NCBI GenBank assembly: GCA_040218735.1
Contig: JAVJQW010000022.1
Span: 32,001-96,000 of the forward strand
Direction of reading: 5' to 3'
Source: Deltaproteobacteria bacterium
GTDB taxonomy: Bacteria > Myxococcota > Kuafuiibacteriia > Kuafuiibacteriales > Kuafuiibacteriaceae
Length of the DNA stretch: 64,000 nt
In this document: positions 8,718 through 19,995 of the stretch, piece by piece
Layout: each line of letters begins with the position of its first letter
Numbering within the stretch: the stretch's first letter is position 1
Notes under the pieces: model-generated
Database searches by the model: none
What the model saw: only the letters and a program-made list of their open reading frames with translations
What the model was told of the DNA's origin: nothing
Program-made: the position numbers and the translations under genes

Positions 8718-9122
8718 TCAGGGGTGTAGCGGGTGGCCCCCGCTTCGTTCGGCTTCGATGCGTTTCTTCTCCTTGTCGAAGATGACGTACGCGGCGATTC
8801 CGAAGGGGATGCCGAACGGGATGAAGAAGAGGACGGCGACGATGCCCAATCCGATGACCAGGTGTTTCTTGTCCTTCGGGAGATCGTTCAGGCCGATCGA
8901 GGTCTTGGGGGGCGGGCGCTTCACGACCGGGTTGGGTGTCACGTTGGGCGCCCCGGTCGGGGTCGCGGTCGGCGCTCCGGTCCGCTCCGCAGGCTGCGTC
9001 GCGTCGGCGGTCGGCTCCGCCACCGGTTCGGGCGCGCCAGTGACCGGTAACCCCTCGTAGCCGCACGCCGCGCACGTGGACTGTGTTCCGGCGTGGGGCG
9101 ATCCACAGTTGGGACAGTTCAC
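8718..9122 (-). CDS. Zinc-ribbon, Pro/Thr linker, C-terminal TM protein (start uncertain; GTG 9122 or TTG 9158)
   Basis: CPNCG...CAACG, then hydrophobic LVIGLGIVAVLFFIPFGIPFGIAAYVIF. Confidence 0.75.
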   Translation of the reverse strand: MNCPNCGSPHAGTQSTCAACGYEGLPVTGAPEPVAEPTADATQPAERTGAPTATPTGAPNVTPNPVVKRPPPKTSIGLNDLPKDKKHLVIGLGIVAVLFFIPFGIPFGIAAYVIFDKEKKRIEAERSGGHPLHP

Positions 9123-9199
9123 TCCCGAGGTGTAGCCGAGAGCCGTAGGCGCTTGCAAGGCCGCGCATCGGGGGATTTACGCAACGATCCCCAGGACAC

Positions 9200-9207
9200 G
9201 CCGATAC
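9200..9207 (+). promoter_or_regulatory. Possible sigma28/FliA-like -10 element
   Basis: GCCGATAC versus consensus GCCGATAA, 11 nt before ATG 9219; -35 match is weak. Confidence 0.25.
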
Positions 9208-9218
9208 TGAGCGCTGTG

Positions 9219-9494
9219 ATGGGGATTCGATTCAACCCGGTTCGGGACACGCTCAGCGCCTTCACCGGCTGGGCGCTCGGCAACGGCGGCCTCACGGGGC
9301 TGCTCGGCACCGCCGCCAAGAAGGCCTTCATCCGCGACGACAGCTCGCGCGCGAAGAAGTTCGGCGTCGGCCTCCTGACCTGGTTCTTCGCCGGCATCCC
9401 CGGCGTGCTCGCCTACCTCATCGCCGGGAACGGCGGCCGCGGCGACGTGCAGAACGCCCGGAGCAACGCCACCACCAACCGCTACTCGAGCTGA
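9219..9494 (+). CDS. Small Gly-rich hydrophobic (membrane) protein
   Basis: 91 aa, MGIRF..., two Gly-rich hydrophobic segments, strong GC3 codon bias. Confidence 0.7.
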   Translation: MGIRFNPVRDTLSAFTGWALGNGGLTGLLGTAAKKAFIRDDSSRAKKFGVGLLTWFFAGIPGVLAYLIAGNGGRGDVQNARSNATTNRYSS

Positions 9495-9507
9495 TCCCCG
9501 GCGCGCC

Positions 9508-10047
9508 GTGAACCCGGCCGACGTCCACCCCCGCGTCCAGGACGCCGTTCGCGCCTGGGGCGCCGCACCCGACATCGAAGCCGCCGCGAAGCAGCTCGAA
9601 GAACACCGTCGTGCGCTCCCGCCCGAGCTCGTCGCGCAGCTCGTGGACGAGGTCGCCGAGATCTCCGCCGAGATGATGATCGACCTCCTCACCGAGGAAC
9701 GTGGCGTCGACGTCTCCGCGGAGACAGTGGAGCTCGGCGGCGTCGAGCTCCTCCCTAGGCAGGCCGCGCGGCTCAGCGCTTGGCTCGAAGATCAGAAGCG
9801 CACCGCCGAGGCGCTCGGCCTCGACGGCGACGCGTGGATCCGACAGATGGAGCGTGGGTTCGATCGTTACGTCGCGCGTGAGCGCGGGGACGCAGCGACC
9901 GAGGTCGCGGAAGCCACGGACAAAGCGCACCAGCTGTTGGGTGGCGAGCGCGGAGCCTTCGAGCCCCGCCCGGCGCCCGGCGAGAGCGCCAAGGCCGGCC
10001 TCGCGGGGATGCTCGCGGCGCGCGACTTCGCGAAGAAGAAGAGTTAG
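9508..10047 (+). CDS. Hypothetical protein, putative partner of 9219-9494
   Basis: 179 aa, 13 bp after the previous stop; N-terminus resembles 51851-52384. Confidence 0.75.
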   Translation: MNPADVHPRVQDAVRAWGAAPDIEAAAKQLEEHRRALPPELVAQLVDEVAEISAEMMIDLLTEERGVDVSAETVELGGVELLPRQAARLSAWLEDQKRTAEALGLDGDAWIRQMERGFDRYVARERGDAATEVAEATDKAHQLLGGERGAFEPRPAPGESAKAGLAGMLAARDFAKKKS

Positions 10048-10077
10048 CCGCGCGGCGAGCTCGGCCGGCCGCGCGGC
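10047..10077. terminator. GC-rich hairpin between convergent genes
   Basis: Palindrome GCCGCGCGGC at 10047-10056 and 10068-10077; no U-tract. Confidence 0.35.
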
Positions 10078-10104
10078 GGACCCGCACGACGGCGAAGCTC
10101 CAGA

Positions 10105-12399
10105 TCAGCGCAGCATGAACACCGGCTGCTCCCAGCCGAACGAGGCGCCGCCGCCGGTGTCGACGACGATGCGCACCTCGCGCGGGAGGAGCAGGTCGGA
10201 GTCGAGCGCGCCGAGGGAAGCGCTCGTGGCGCCCGACGTCGTACCGGCGACGACCGACTGCGCTGCGGTCGTGCTCCACAGGTAGTAGCCGCTCGAGCTC
10301 CCCGACGCCGGCCAGCCGGTGCCGCCGCCGCACTCGCCGTCTTCGCCGGGCGTGAGCAACGTCCAGACGTTGGAGACACCGCGGGCGTAGACCTCGTGCC
10401 CGCCGTTACCGTCGTTCTGATAGTTGCCGTTGTCGTCGTCGGAGGTCGTCGCGACGATGCGCGTGTTCGCGTGGAGGTTGCTGACGATCGTCCGCAGCGC
10501 CGCGACCTGCGCGTCCGAGTACACCGCGCGGCTCGCCGGGTTGCGATACTGCATCGTGATGCGGAAGTCCGACTGCCCGGAGCGGTCCGGCGACACCTGC
10601 CCCTCCGAGACGCCGCTGTAGTACTGCGCCGAGTCGCCGCCGCACTTTCGCCACGGGTTCGATGCATCGTACTCGGCCATCAGCACGCCGTCGTTGTCGA
10701 CCATCTCGAAGCGCATCCAGCCGCCGCCGTTCGAGCTCATGTCGCAGTCCACGAGGAACGGCGCCAGGCCGTTCGCGCCGTCCGGATCGATCCAGTACTC
10801 ACCGTCGCCGAGCGCGACGCCCGCCTGCACGACGTCGAGGCAAGAGATCGCCGGGTTCTGCTCGCTCGACCCGATGTTCGGCACGCAGCTCCGGTCGGCG
10901 ACGAGCTCGGCCAGCGGCGCCGGCGTCGGTGCGCCGGGCTCGCTGTATGCGGCCCACGACTGCACGTTGGTCGCGTAGAAGTCGCTGTTCGATGCCCCAC
11001 CCGAGCTCGCGAACGTGACGATGTCCGGATAGAGGAAGTGGATCGGCATCGCCTCCCGCGGGTACGCGACGAGCGTGGGGATCGAGAGCGCAAACGGGAG
11101 CCCCTGCGTGTCGACGAACCACCGGCCGATCGTCGAGCCGTCGTCCGCCGTGCCGAAGAGCGTCGGGTCCATGCGGTTCGTTCCCGAGTAACCCGTGCGG
11201 TGAATCTCGTGCGACGGCACCGCGCTGCGGAAGATGAACAGGTCGAACGGCGCCTGCGCGATCGGGATCGACTGCGGCGTCGCGAACGTCAGCTCGATCT
11301 CCAGCGGCTGGCCCGTCAGCGGAGGCACGCCGGGCTCCGCGTTGATGATGCTCTGGTTGTTCCCGAACAGCTCGCGGAGGTCGTTGGAGATCAACACCGT
11401 CGCTTCGTTCTCGCCGGGGAACAGCGGGATGGACTGGTCCGCGCCACCACCCACGCGCCGCACGGCGCTCGTGAGCGCGGCGGACGGCACCGGAAGATGA
11501 AGCGCGAGGCCGTTCGAGTACGCGCCACCGATCGCGATCGGATCGATCGACAGAAGGATCGAAGACACGTCGGCGTTGGCGTCCTGCAGGAACGCGTAGC
11601 GGTACGCGACGACGACATCGTTGAAGTCGAGGTCCGCCGCCTGCGGCCAGTGGTCCTCGAACATCAGCATCGCTCGCTCCGTCGCCGACGGGGCGTAGGT
11701 CACCGCGGACGCCGTGGCGTCGCAGGGGAAGATGTCGGAGGCGTCGAGCACGCCGTCGCTGTCCGTGTCGCGCGGGTCGACCGGCGCGACCGAGACCGGG
11801 TTCGACGCGGGCGTGATGCGGTACTCACGACCGAGCGTCAGCGACAGGTCGTCGGAGAAGTTCGCGACCTCGCCGCTCGCCGCGTACCAGTTCGTGACGT
11901 TCCCGAAGTCGACCGAGTCGACGATGATCGTCCAGCTCGTCCCCGTGATCCCGGAGACCATGATCCCGTCGGTGTTGTTGCCGTAGTTGAACGTGCCCTG
12001 GAAGCTACCCGGCGTGCTCTCGGTCGCCTCCCCCGCGTCGTCGGAGACCGCGACGAACACGTTGCCGGCCGTGTCGACGATGCGGAACGCGAAGTTCGCG
12101 CTGTTGGACGGCGCGCCGTTGTTGTCCTGCCCGAAGATGAAGCCGAACGAGAACTCTCCCGTCGCCGTGTTCTCGTGAACCCAGATGTTGGCGTTCGGGT
12201 TTGCGACGTTCACGCCCACCGGGTGCCCCGACGCACTGTAGAAGTCGTAGTGCTGGGCCCCGGAGCCCGTGGTCTGAATCGTGTGGATCAGCCCGATCGG
12301 GGTGCTGAGGTCGGCCGAGTCGTAGACCTCGAGCTCCAAGGCGGACGCCGTGGCGGGGGTGAACAGCGCAACGAGGGCGAGGGCGCGAAATCGATTCAC
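10105..12399 (-). CDS. Secreted LruC (DUF4842) domain protein with C-terminal fibrinogen-like domain
   Basis: Signal peptide from GTG 12399 (NRFRALALVALFTPATASA); DTDSDGVLDASDIFP; LMFEDHWPQAADLDFNDVVV; SCLDV...GDGEYWIDPDG...DCDMSSNGGGW. Confidence 0.85.
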   Translation of the reverse strand: MNRFRALALVALFTPATASALELEVYDSADLSTPIGLIHTIQTTGSGAQHYDFYSASGHPVGVNVANPNANIWVHENTATGEFSFGFIFGQDNNGAPSNSANFAFRIVDTAGNVFVAVSDDAGEATESTPGSFQGTFNYGNNTDGIMVSGITGTSWTIIVDSVDFGNVTNWYAASGEVANFSDDLSLTLGREYRITPASNPVSVAPVDPRDTDSDGVLDASDIFPCDATASAVTYAPSATERAMLMFEDHWPQAADLDFNDVVVAYRYAFLQDANADVSSILLSIDPIAIGGAYSNGLALHLPVPSAALTSAVRRVGGGADQSIPLFPGENEATVLISNDLRELFGNNQSIINAEPGVPPLTGQPLEIELTFATPQSIPIAQAPFDLFIFRSAVPSHEIHRTGYSGTNRMDPTLFGTADDGSTIGRWFVDTQGLPFALSIPTLVAYPREAMPIHFLYPDIVTFASSGGASNSDFYATNVQSWAAYSEPGAPTPAPLAELVADRSCVPNIGSSEQNPAISCLDVVQAGVALGDGEYWIDPDGANGLAPFLVDCDMSSNGGGWMRFEMVDNDGVLMAEYDASNPWRKCGGDSAQYYSGVSEGQVSPDRSGQSDFRITMQYRNPASRAVYSDAQVAALRTIVSNLHANTRIVATTSDDDNGNYQNDGNGGHEVYARGVSNVWTLLTPGEDGECGGGTGWPASGSSSGYYLWSTTAAQSVVAGTTSGATSASLGALDSDLLLPREVRIVVDTGGGASFGWEQPVFMLR

Positions 12400-12612
12400 A
12401 TCACACGAATGAATCGTTCGTTGAGTTTTCGCAAGGCATTCTTCCGAAGTTTTCACCCTTCCGCTCAATTGTGAACGAGGAGTCCCGGGGTTTGACCCAG
12501 CGGCACTCGGTGAAACACCCCTGCGCGGCGCAACCCGTTCGCGGATTTTCGAGGCGGCCGAGCCCTTCACGCCGCGCGATCGACGGGCATGACGTTTGCG
12601 CTCGGCCGGCCC

Positions 12613-13947
12613 ATGAGGCTACGCGCCGGGGCGCTCTTCGCGAGCACCGTCCTCCTCCTCGCGTGCGGGACCGCACCCGACGATCCGCCACCCGATGGAG
12701 GCCTTCGCCCCGACGGCGGCGTCCCGCAGGACGGCGGCGCCCGCGACGCCGGCACCTGCCCGGCCCCGTGGCCGGACACGTCGATCGACGGCCCACGGGA
12801 CGACGAGGTCCTCGCCCTCGCGATCGACGGTGCGAGCCGTCTCGTGGTCGCCGGCTACCGAGGCGGCGGCAACCTCGGGCGTCTCATGCCGGACGGCGAC
12901 GCCAACGCCTTCGTGTCGTGGTGGTCGCCCGACGGTGCCCAGCTCGCGGAGGTCAGCTTCGCGACGCACGGCGCCGATGTGGTCGAAGCGATCAACGTCG
13001 GCGACGATGACCTGGTGCGCATCGCCGGTCGCACCACCGGCGGTCTCTTCTCACCGACCCCCGGCGGCCAGTACGACCTGTTCTTTGCGGCCGTGCACCC
13101 CGAAGCCCCCGTGCCGCACTTTGGCCTCCAGATCGGCGACGCCCACCCGCTCCACCCCCGCGGCCTCCTCGTCGAGGGCGCGCAATGGATCGCCACCGGC
13201 TTCACCGACATCTACGTCCCGACCAACTACGTCGAGGACTGGGAGGATCCGTTCATCGCCCGCGCCACCTTCGACGGCGCGCGCCTCGTCGACGGTCGGT
13301 TCGAACGCTGGCCGAGCCCGATCACCGACGTCATGCAGGGCGCCGTCCACACCGGCGACGACACCGGTGATCTCATCGTCACGTACTTCGCGCAGGTCGG
13401 CGCACGGCGCGGCGCGTGGCTCGAACGCGTCACCGCCGACGGCACGCACCGCTGGCGCACCCACGTCTCGAACACCGGCTTCGACTCCAGTGTCGCGGTC
13501 CTCCTCGACGGCCAAGGCCACGTCGACCTCGTCGGGACCACGTTCGGCGTCATCGGCGAACGCTCGTACGGCCAGCAGGACGTCTACGTCGCCTCCGTAC
13601 GCCTCGACGATGGTTCCGTCCGACACGTAATGCAGGTCGGGAGCGAGGAATCGGATTGGGTCACCGCCGCGGTCCGTGGCCCCGACGGCGCCCTCTACGT
13701 CACGGGCCAGACGTTCGGCGCTTGGTACGGCGCGCCCCTCCCCGAAGAAGCCGTCGCGGCGTTCGTCGTGCGGATCGCGGACGGCGTCGCGACGTCGGCG
13801 TGGCAGTCCGCGCCCACCATGGAGCCGATGCTCCCGCAAGCCATCGTAATCGACGCGTGCGACCGCGTCCTCATCGGGGGCTACGAGACAAACGACGGCC
13901 ACCGCGCAGGGTTCGTGCGCGCCGTCGAGCTCTCGAGGTGGCCGTGA
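12613..13947 (+). CDS. Lipoprotein with SBBP-like beta-propeller repeats
   Basis: Lipobox LLLAC; repeats such as DGQGHVDLVGTTFG...GQQDVYV and PDGALYVTGQTFG. Confidence 0.75.
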   Translation: MRLRAGALFASTVLLLACGTAPDDPPPDGGLRPDGGVPQDGGARDAGTCPAPWPDTSIDGPRDDEVLALAIDGASRLVVAGYRGGGNLGRLMPDGDANAFVSWWSPDGAQLAEVSFATHGADVVEAINVGDDDLVRIAGRTTGGLFSPTPGGQYDLFFAAVHPEAPVPHFGLQIGDAHPLHPRGLLVEGAQWIATGFTDIYVPTNYVEDWEDPFIARATFDGARLVDGRFERWPSPITDVMQGAVHTGDDTGDLIVTYFAQVGARRGAWLERVTADGTHRWRTHVSNTGFDSSVAVLLDGQGHVDLVGTTFGVIGERSYGQQDVYVASVRLDDGSVRHVMQVGSEESDWVTAAVRGPDGALYVTGQTFGAWYGAPLPEEAVAAFVVRIADGVATSAWQSAPTMEPMLPQAIVIDACDRVLIGGYETNDGHRAGFVRAVELSRWP

Positions 13948-13948
13948 T

Positions 13949-15238
13949 TCAGGCTTCGCGCTTGAACGACCGCGCGAACAGCGCGCGGACCGCTTCGAGG
14001 CCCTGGTCGGAGAGGAAACGCGTGCCGGTCCCCGTGAAGCGCGTGCGCTCGATGGTCGGCTCGACGCCCGCCTCCCAGGCGCCGTTCTTCCAGGCGCACC
14101 ACGCGTTCTTCTCCTGGTCGAAGACGAACAGCGGCTTGTTGAAGTGCTTCGCGAGCTCGGCCGCCCAGCCCGTGCCGCCCTTGACCGTGCCGTCGTCCTG
14201 GATCAGGCCGACGACGAACACCTGCCCCGAGGTCGCGACCTGGTGCCAGATGGTCTGCAGCATCTTGGAGAACTGCGGCGTCTTCGGGAACTTCCGGTGC
14301 AGGTGCGCCTCGATGTACGCGGGGCTGGCTTCACCCTGCTTGAGCTCCTGGTCGGAGAGCACGACGAGGCCGCGCTGGCGCTCGGTGCTGCGGCCCGCGA
14401 ACGTGAAGTTCATCTCCTCGAGCCCGTACTCCTCCGCGCACGCGCCGAAGGCCGCCTCGGCGCCCTTGTTCGCACCGGACAGCAGCGTGTAGGCCCGCGC
14501 CGGGAGGCGCGTCGGCGACGCCTCGGCGTCGGTCACCAGCTGCATCGTGTCGGGCTCGAGCTCGAGGTGCGTCTGCTGCACGTCGGGGTTGTCGTGGTCC
14601 TTGAGCAGGCGCACGCGCACGTGGTGCTCGTGGGGCTCGAGGAAGACCGCGACGTCGATCAGCTTCTTGTACGTGTCGTACGGCGGGCAGATGTCCGTGG
14701 GGTGGTCACCGGACGTCGACCGATGGGTCTGCGCCGTGAGCCACAACTCCGCGCCGAGCCGCCGCGCCAGCGCCTTGAACGCGCCGATGTCCGCCGCCTG
14801 GGAGACGACGTCGTCCGACCACTCGTAGCCGTCGATCAGGATCGCCTTCGGCTGGTGCTCGAGGTGCTGCGTGTACAGCTTCACGAGCTCCTCGACCTGC
14901 TTCGGCGACACCGTCGAGTCCGCGTAGGCCTGGATGACCCGACGGCGCGAAGTGCTCGCACGGACCTGCTCCCGGTTGTCGAGCTTCACGTCCTTGGCGA
15001 GGTCGTCGAACAGCCCGTCGTACCAGGACTGCACGTGCTCGAGCGACTGCCCGAGGGCGACGTGCAGGACGTCGCGCTCACGCATGATGTCGTCGAGGCC
15101 GACCTGGACGAGGAAGGCCGTCTTGCCGACACCCGCGCGCGCCATGACGACGCCGAGGTTGCCGGCGCCGAGACCACCGTGGATGGAGCGCTCCAGGATG
15201 CGGAGCGGGCTCTGTGCGTTGACTTCTTTCCTGTACAT
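13949..15238 (-). CDS. RecA/KaiC-like P-loop ATPase fused to a SLOG-like (cpYpsA/MoCo-carrier-like) domain
   Basis: GGLGAGNLGVVMARAGVGKT, AILIDGY; C-terminal LLSGANKGAEAAF and GGTGWAAELAKHFNKPLFVFD; 10 bp after the fusA stop. Confidence 0.7.
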   Translation of the reverse strand: MYRKEVNAQSPLRILERSIHGGLGAGNLGVVMARAGVGKTAFLVQVGLDDIMRERDVLHVALGQSLEHVQSWYDGLFDDLAKDVKLDNREQVRASTSRRRVIQAYADSTVSPKQVEELVKLYTQHLEHQPKAILIDGYEWSDDVVSQAADIGAFKALARRLGAELWLTAQTHRSTSGDHPTDICPPYDTYKKLIDVAVFLEPHEHHVRVRLLKDHDNPDVQQTHLELEPDTMQLVTDAEASPTRLPARAYTLLSGANKGAEAAFGACAEEYGLEEMNFTFAGRSTERQRGLVVLSDQELKQGEASPAYIEAHLHRKFPKTPQFSKMLQTIWHQVATSGQVFVVGLIQDDGTVKGGTGWAAELAKHFNKPLFVFDQEKNAWCAWKNGAWEAGVEPTIERTRFTGTGTRFLSDQGLEAVRALFARSFKREA

Positions 15239-15248
15239 GACGGCCCCC

Positions 15249-17339
<2,091 letters not shown>

Positions 17340-17590
17340 GGCGCGGCAACCTACGCGCGTGGCGCGGCGTGTAAAGAAGATTCGTACCTCGGACGGCGTG
17401 ACAGTTGTGTGGCGTGTCGTTTTGTGCCGTGGTCACGCGCCCGGTGCGCGGGATAGCCCTGCAGGCTGACTTGCGGCGGGATCGGTGTCGGGCTCGGTCG
17501 GGCAGCGCGCGTTCGTCCGGGTCATGGCCACCGTACAGAGCAGGCGGCGTGCCACGCCGGATCGGCCGATTCTCGACGATCCTGGGGCGT

Positions 17591-17627
17591 CGTGACACGG
17601 GATCGCGCGCCCCGGCCCGTGACACGG
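17591..17627. promoter_or_regulatory. Direct repeat CGTGACACGG x2 upstream of the FabH-like operon
   Basis: Copies at 17591-17600 and 17618-17627; same 10-mer at 34836-34845. Confidence 0.4.
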
Positions 17628-17644
17628 CACGACAGCGAGCGCCC

Positions 17645-18640
17645 ATGGTGGTAATCCGATCCCTCGTGCGAATCCCGGCGCGAATCCGATCCACCGGGCG
17701 ATGGCGCGGGGGGCGAACGGTCCCCACGCGCGAGCTGGTGACGCGCGCGATGCCTAACCGAGATCCGGACCGGATCGAGGCCCGCGTCGGCATCAAGACC
17801 CGTCGCTGGGCGGGCGCCGAAACCACGATCGCCGAGATGGGCGCGGCCGCCCTCACGGAGGCCCTGGAGCGCGCGGACCTGTCGGCGGAGGCGCTCGGTC
17901 GCATCGTCCTCACGTGCTCGACCGGGGGCGACCTGTTGATCCCCTGCGCCGCGGTGGACGTCGCGCACCGGCTGGGCCTGCACGACCACGCACTCGACAC
18001 GTTCGACCTCGCCAACTCCTGCAACGGGTTCATCTCCGCGTTGGATCTGACGGCTCGCTCCGCGTGCTCGACGGTCACGGCCATCCTCGCCGTGGAGCAG
18101 TTCTCGCGCTTCGTCCGCGAGGAGGAGCCGCGCTGCTACGTCATCTTCGGCGACGCCGCGGTCGCCGCGATTCTGGACGGCGAAGCCGGCGACGGCGGCA
18201 TCGCCGCGACGAGCTTCAGGACGGTGACCTCCCCCGACCGACGCATCGACGTCCCGCACCCCGCACGAACCCACGAACCCGCGTTCATCGACTTTGGTGA
18301 TCTCGACAGCGACTTCCTCACCGGCCAGGCGCTCGACGCGATGGGCCGCGCGATGGAGGACGCGCTCACGCGGGCCGAGGTCCCGCTCGCCGAGGTGGAC
18401 TGGGTGCTCACGCACCAACCGAACGCGGAGATGGTCGAGCGCTTCCGCGCGCACTTCGGCGTCGACAAGGCCCGCATGGTTCCGATCACGGCGGACAACG
18501 GGAGCATAGGATCCGCCGCGGTGCCGATGAGCCTGGACGCGCTTCACCAGGCCGGCCAGCTCGAGTCGGGGCAGCACGTGCTGATGGCGAGCGTCGGCTC
18601 GGGGACGGTCGCGGGCGCGGTGGTGTACCGCGTCCCGTGA
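17645..18640 (+). CDS. 3-oxoacyl-ACP synthase III (FabH)-like protein with atypical triad
   Basis: IEARVGIKTRR, FDLANSCNGF (Cys), IFGDAAVA, THQPN (His), GSIGSAAVP where GN is expected; start may be 17645 or 17666. Confidence 0.85.
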   Translation: MVVIRSLVRIPARIRSTGRWRGGRTVPTRELVTRAMPNRDPDRIEARVGIKTRRWAGAETTIAEMGAAALTEALERADLSAEALGRIVLTCSTGGDLLIPCAAVDVAHRLGLHDHALDTFDLANSCNGFISALDLTARSACSTVTAILAVEQFSRFVREEEPRCYVIFGDAAVAAILDGEAGDGGIAATSFRTVTSPDRRIDVPHPARTHEPAFIDFGDLDSDFLTGQALDAMGRAMEDALTRAEVPLAEVDWVLTHQPNAEMVERFRAHFGVDKARMVPITADNGSIGSAAVPMSLDALHQAGQLESGQHVLMASVGSGTVAGAVVYRVP

Positions 18641-19365
18641 TGAACGCTCGCGCGCAGGCCGCACGCACCGCGTGGCTGTCGTACTGGAACGCGATGCGGC
18701 GGTATCACCGCTACCGCGTCGACGGGCTGGAGCACCTCGCGGCGCGCCCGGCGCTGATCGTCGGGTACCACGGGCGGCCGATCGCCCGCGACCTGTGCAT
18801 GCTGCAGGCGCTGCTCGCGTCCGAGCACGGGCGCTTCCCGCGCGCGATCATGCACGAGGCGGCGGCGTCGATCCCGGTGGCGCGAGACCTCGTGACCGGG
18901 ATGGAGTTTCTGACCGGCGTCGGTGACGCGTTGGACGCCGCGGTCGCGAACGCGGACCACATCATCGTCACGCCGGGCGGGACGCGGGAGGGGTGCCGGA
19001 GCCATCGGCACAAGTACCGCGTGGATTGGGGATCGCGGCGGGGGTACGTGCGGCTGGCGCTGAAGCACCGGCTGCCGATCATCCCCGCGGCGGGGCACGG
19101 CGTGGACGACACGTACGTCGGCCTCAACGATGGTTACCGAACCGGGAAGCGCCTGCGAGCGCCGGGGCGGATGCCGGTGTGGCTCGGCGTGGGACCGCTG
19201 GGCCTGTGGCCGGTGTCGCCGCCGTGGCCGGTGCGGATCACGACGGTGTTGGGGGCGCCGCTGTCGTTCGACGGCGCGGACGCCGAGGACGCGGGCGCGG
19301 TGGAACGTGTCCACGAGACGGTCGTGCGTGCGGTGCAGTCGCTGCTCGACGCGCGCGACAACTAA
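18637..19365 (+). CDS. Lysophospholipid/diacylglycerol acyltransferase (PlsC/DGAT2-like)
   Basis: VDGLEHL, VGYHGRPIARD, TPGGTREG, WGSRRGYVRLALKHRLPIIP; GTGA overlap with the upstream stop. Confidence 0.85.
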   Translation: MMNARAQAARTAWLSYWNAMRRYHRYRVDGLEHLAARPALIVGYHGRPIARDLCMLQALLASEHGRFPRAIMHEAAASIPVARDLVTGMEFLTGVGDALDAAVANADHIIVTPGGTREGCRSHRHKYRVDWGSRRGYVRLALKHRLPIIPAAGHGVDDTYVGLNDGYRTGKRLRAPGRMPVWLGVGPLGLWPVSPPWPVRITTVLGAPLSFDGADAEDAGAVERVHETVVRAVQSLLDARDN

Positions 19366-19380
19366 ACGGAGGGGGAGCTC

Positions 19381-19995
19381 ATGCCGGACAAGAAGGACAA
19401 GAAGAAGACGAAGAGCGAGGGGAAGAGGAAGAAGTCGCGGCGTTCGCCGAAGAAGGAAGCGCCGAAGTCGAAGCGCGGCGCGAAGAAGAAAGCCCCCGAG
19501 CCCGAGGCGCCGAAGGGGCCCGAGACGCCCGCGGGATCGGCCGCGCTCATCTCGGACGTGCAGCTCGAGACCCTGCGGAAGGGCTACGACCGCAACGTCC
19601 TCCAGGCGCTCGCGCTCCGTGCGTTCGAGACGCCGTTCCCGCCGGCGGCCGGCGTGGCGAAGGCGATCATCGCCGGCTTCTACGCGGGCGAAGAAGGCTG
19701 CGGCGGTCTGTCCTTCCGCGACCGCGAGCTCGCGCTGCTCGCGCGCGGCGTGGATCGGCCGGACATGAACTTCGTGACACACGTGTACTTCGCGCTGATG
19801 GAGGGCGTCTCACCCTCCGAGGTGTTGAGCGTGTGTTACCTGACGTCGCTCTACGGCGGCGCGGACCTGTGGACCGGCGCGGCCGGCGTGGTGACGAAGA
19901 CGTTCGAGGCGCTGGCGAAGGCGGCGGATGCCGGCGGGGATTCGGCGACGACGGTCGGGGTGCTGGGGGCGCTGCGCGGGACTAAGGCCAGCTGA
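19381..19995 (+). CDS. Carboxymuconolactone decarboxylase/AhpD-like protein with Lys-rich N-terminal tail
   Basis: GGAGG RBS; LSFRDRELALLA...THVYFALMEGVSPSEV. Confidence 0.65.
   Translation: MPDKKDKKKTKSEGKRKKSRRSPKKEAPKSKRGAKKKAPEPEAPKGPETPAGSAALISDVQLETLRKGYDRNVLQALALRAFETPFPPAAGVAKAIIAGFYAGEEGCGGLSFRDRELALLARGVDRPDMNFVTHVYFALMEGVSPSEVLSVCYLTSLYGGADLWTGAAGVVTKTFEALAKAADAGGDSATTVGVLGALRGTKAS

Noticed and set aside
12400-12588. Possible riboswitch in the AT-rich leader of the LruC gene
   Set aside because: No match by eye to c-di-GMP-I/II, ydaO or other motifs I know; needs an Rfam scan
17620-17642. Possible sigma54 promoter CGGCACG...GC before the FabH-like gene
   Set aside because: GG-to-GC spacing is 11 nt rather than the required 10
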